Shown here in pieces: positions 30,871 through 32,000 of a DNA stretch of 32,000 bases (position 1 is its first letter; each line of letters begins with the position of its first letter). Under the pieces are notes generated by a model that had not been told where the DNA came from, ran no database searches, and saw nothing but the letters and a program-made list of their open reading frames with translations. Source of the DNA: Candidatus Saccharimonadota bacterium (GTDB taxonomy: Bacteria > Pseudomonadota > Alphaproteobacteria > Rickettsiales > Anaplasmataceae); the NCBI RefSeq assembly GCF_025021925.1, contig NZ_CP092368.1, positions 521,559-553,558 on the forward strand. The letters are read 5' to 3'. The translations under genes were made by a program, and so were the position numbers.

Positions 30871-31566
30871 TTAGCTTACCATATTATCAGTAATTTCATT
30901 GCAAAAAGATCTCTGTAAAGTCTTTTTTACTGCGTCTCTTACAAATACATAAGAATTCTTATATCCAGGAATATTATTACCTTTCACGGCAATAATACCA
31001 TTTTCATGATCAATATGCAATACCTTCATATTTTGTACGGTAATCCTTTTATTACCTAAATGTCCTGCCATTTTCTTACCTTTAAATACACGTCCTGGAT
31101 CTTGACACTGACCTGTTGAACCTTGTGATCTATGTGCAATAGATACACCATGAGATGCTCTCATACCACTAAAATTATGTCGCTTCATAACACCTGCAAA
31201 TCCCTTACCTATAGTAAAACCAGTAATATCAAGATACTGATCTACTAAAAAATGACTAACATCTAATTGTTTTCCAATTATTATCTCAGACAGATTTTTT
31301 ATTCTACTTTCATATAATTTATATTTACTAGTGATACCTCTTTGTTTAAGATACTCACATTGAGGTTTTGCAATATTATTATAATTTCCTGTACCTAGTA
31401 CTACTGCATTATAACCACATTTACTTTGTTGCTTGATATCAATAATACATGTTTCTTTAAGATGTAAGAGAGTGACAGCGCTACGCTTATTATTGATATA
31501 TATCATTGTATGACCAATATTTACCATTAATAATCCAAGCCTTATTAAGGGATTAATTCTTCTCAT
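30871..31566 (-). CDS. rplC: 50S ribosomal protein uL3
   Basis: FAGVMKRHNFSGMRASHGVSIAHRSQGSTGQCQDPGRVFKGKKMAGHLG motif. Confidence 0.94.
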   Translation of the reverse strand: MRRINPLIRLGLLMVNIGHTMIYINNKRSAVTLLHLKETCIIDIKQQSKCGYNAVVLGTGNYNNIAKPQCEYLKQRGITSKYKLYESRIKNLSEIIIGKQLDVSHFLVDQYLDITGFTIGKGFAGVMKRHNFSGMRASHGVSIAHRSQGSTGQCQDPGRVFKGKKMAGHLGNKRITVQNMKVLHIDHENGIIAVKGNNIPGYKNSYVFVRDAVKKTLQRSFCNEITDNMVS

Positions 31567-31964
31567 TACTCTTTCTCTCGTACTGTTAATTTTTTCTTAA
31601 TCTTTACTTCTTTAAAACTTGCATCTACTGCAGCTGGAAAATAAGGATTTGTAATTATTTGTGTTAGCATTTGAATCATTGCAGGAGTAGGATTATGTAA
31701 TACAATTAAGCGTTTTGAAGTTCTTCTCTCAAATTGTTCACGAGATTTTTTATCTACGTGAGGAGATCTTCCAACAATAAACCTAGAATTCTCTCTAGGT
31801 AGTGCAATAGGACCAGATAATTTGACATCAGATCGCTTTAAGTCTTCAATACATTTGCGTACACAAAGCTCTAATACACGACAATCAAAGGATTTTAAAG
31901 TTAACATTCCCTGAGATTGTATCGCCTCATGCATTATTATTCTTTCATGCTTTTTATAACTCAC
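31566..31964 (-). CDS. rpsJ: 30S ribosomal protein uS10 (extended termini)
   Basis: LKSFD...GPIALPRENSRFIVGRSPHVDKKSREQFERRT core. GTG 31964 has SD GGAG 6 nt upstream; the alternative ATG 31934 has no clear SD. The C-terminus extends ~12 aa past the usual end, and the stop overlaps the rplC ATG (TAATG). Confidence 0.88.
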   Translation of the reverse strand: MSYKKHERIIMHEAIQSQGMLTLKSFDCRVLELCVRKCIEDLKRSDVKLSGPIALPRENSRFIVGRSPHVDKKSREQFERRTSKRLIVLHNPTPAMIQMLTQIITNPYFPAAVDASFKEVKIKKKLTVREKE

Positions 31965-31967
31965 CTC

Positions 31968-32000
31968 TTACTCCAATATCTCAGAAACAATACCAGAACC
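31968..32000 (-). CDS. tuf: elongation factor Tu, 3' end only (partial, runs off the window)
   Basis: The minus-strand frame reads GSGIVSEILE-stop, resembling the conserved EF-Tu C-terminus (..GAGVV..I.E), in the conserved tuf-rpsJ position. Only 10 codons are visible. Confidence 0.55.
   Translation of the reverse strand, partial: GSGIVSEILE

Noticed and set aside
1-32000. Alternative genetic code (UGA=Trp), as in some tiny AT-rich symbiont genomes
   Set aside because: All genes are full length under the standard bacterial code, conserved Trp positions (for example GNWFVP and WFFGHPEVY in CtaD) are present in the standard translation, and TGA functions as a stop (fabD, gap).
1-32000. Scan for CRISPR arrays, IS elements or transposases, integrases, prophage genes, defence or toxin-antitoxin modules, rRNA, tmRNA, RNase P or SRP RNA
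   Set aside because: No spaced direct-repeat arrays, terminal inverted repeats or unassigned ORFs were seen. The non-coding DNA totals only about 2 kb in pieces of 263 bp or less, and none shows the GC-rich conserved cores of the known structured RNAs. This was by-eye inspection only; an Infernal/Rfam scan would be the decisive check.

Overview
The window is strongly AT-rich (roughly 70% A+T by eye, not computed) and very gene-dense, about 94% coding by my own coordinate arithmetic. It looks like core chromosome from a reduced alphaproteobacterial endosymbiont or intracellular bacterium, Rickettsiales and probably Anaplasmataceae-like. I call 46 complete CDS, one partial CDS (the last 10 codons of tuf at the right edge) and one tRNA-Asn(GTT). 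The left half (1-18.5 kb) holds scattered single housekeeping genes on both strands: rpmI-rplT-fmt-purH, tRNA-Asn, gpmI, fabD, rpmE, nadK, pdhB, tatC, gap, rnhA, ctaB-ctaD-ctaC, fabG, ribB, greA, and atpA-atpH. The right half (18.6-32 kb, minus strand) is the classical S10-spc-alpha ribosomal protein supercluster, running tuf | rpsJ ... rplO-secY-adk-rpsM-rpsK-rpoA-rplQ. Several ORF-track calls begin at upstream TTG/GTG or in-frame ATG codons; I trimmed these to the start that matches the conserved family N-terminus. Every ORF of 60 codons or more is either a clearly assignable housekeeping gene or lies antisense inside one. I saw no orphan ORFs, CRISPR arrays, transposase, integrase or phage genes, toxin-antitoxin-like pairs or long repeats. 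I therefore find no support for a novel or undescribed system in this window. The findings below are modest genome-architecture observations: fragmented operons, missing ribosomal-protein genes, tight overlaps, a few small hairpins and spacers. All are scored low.
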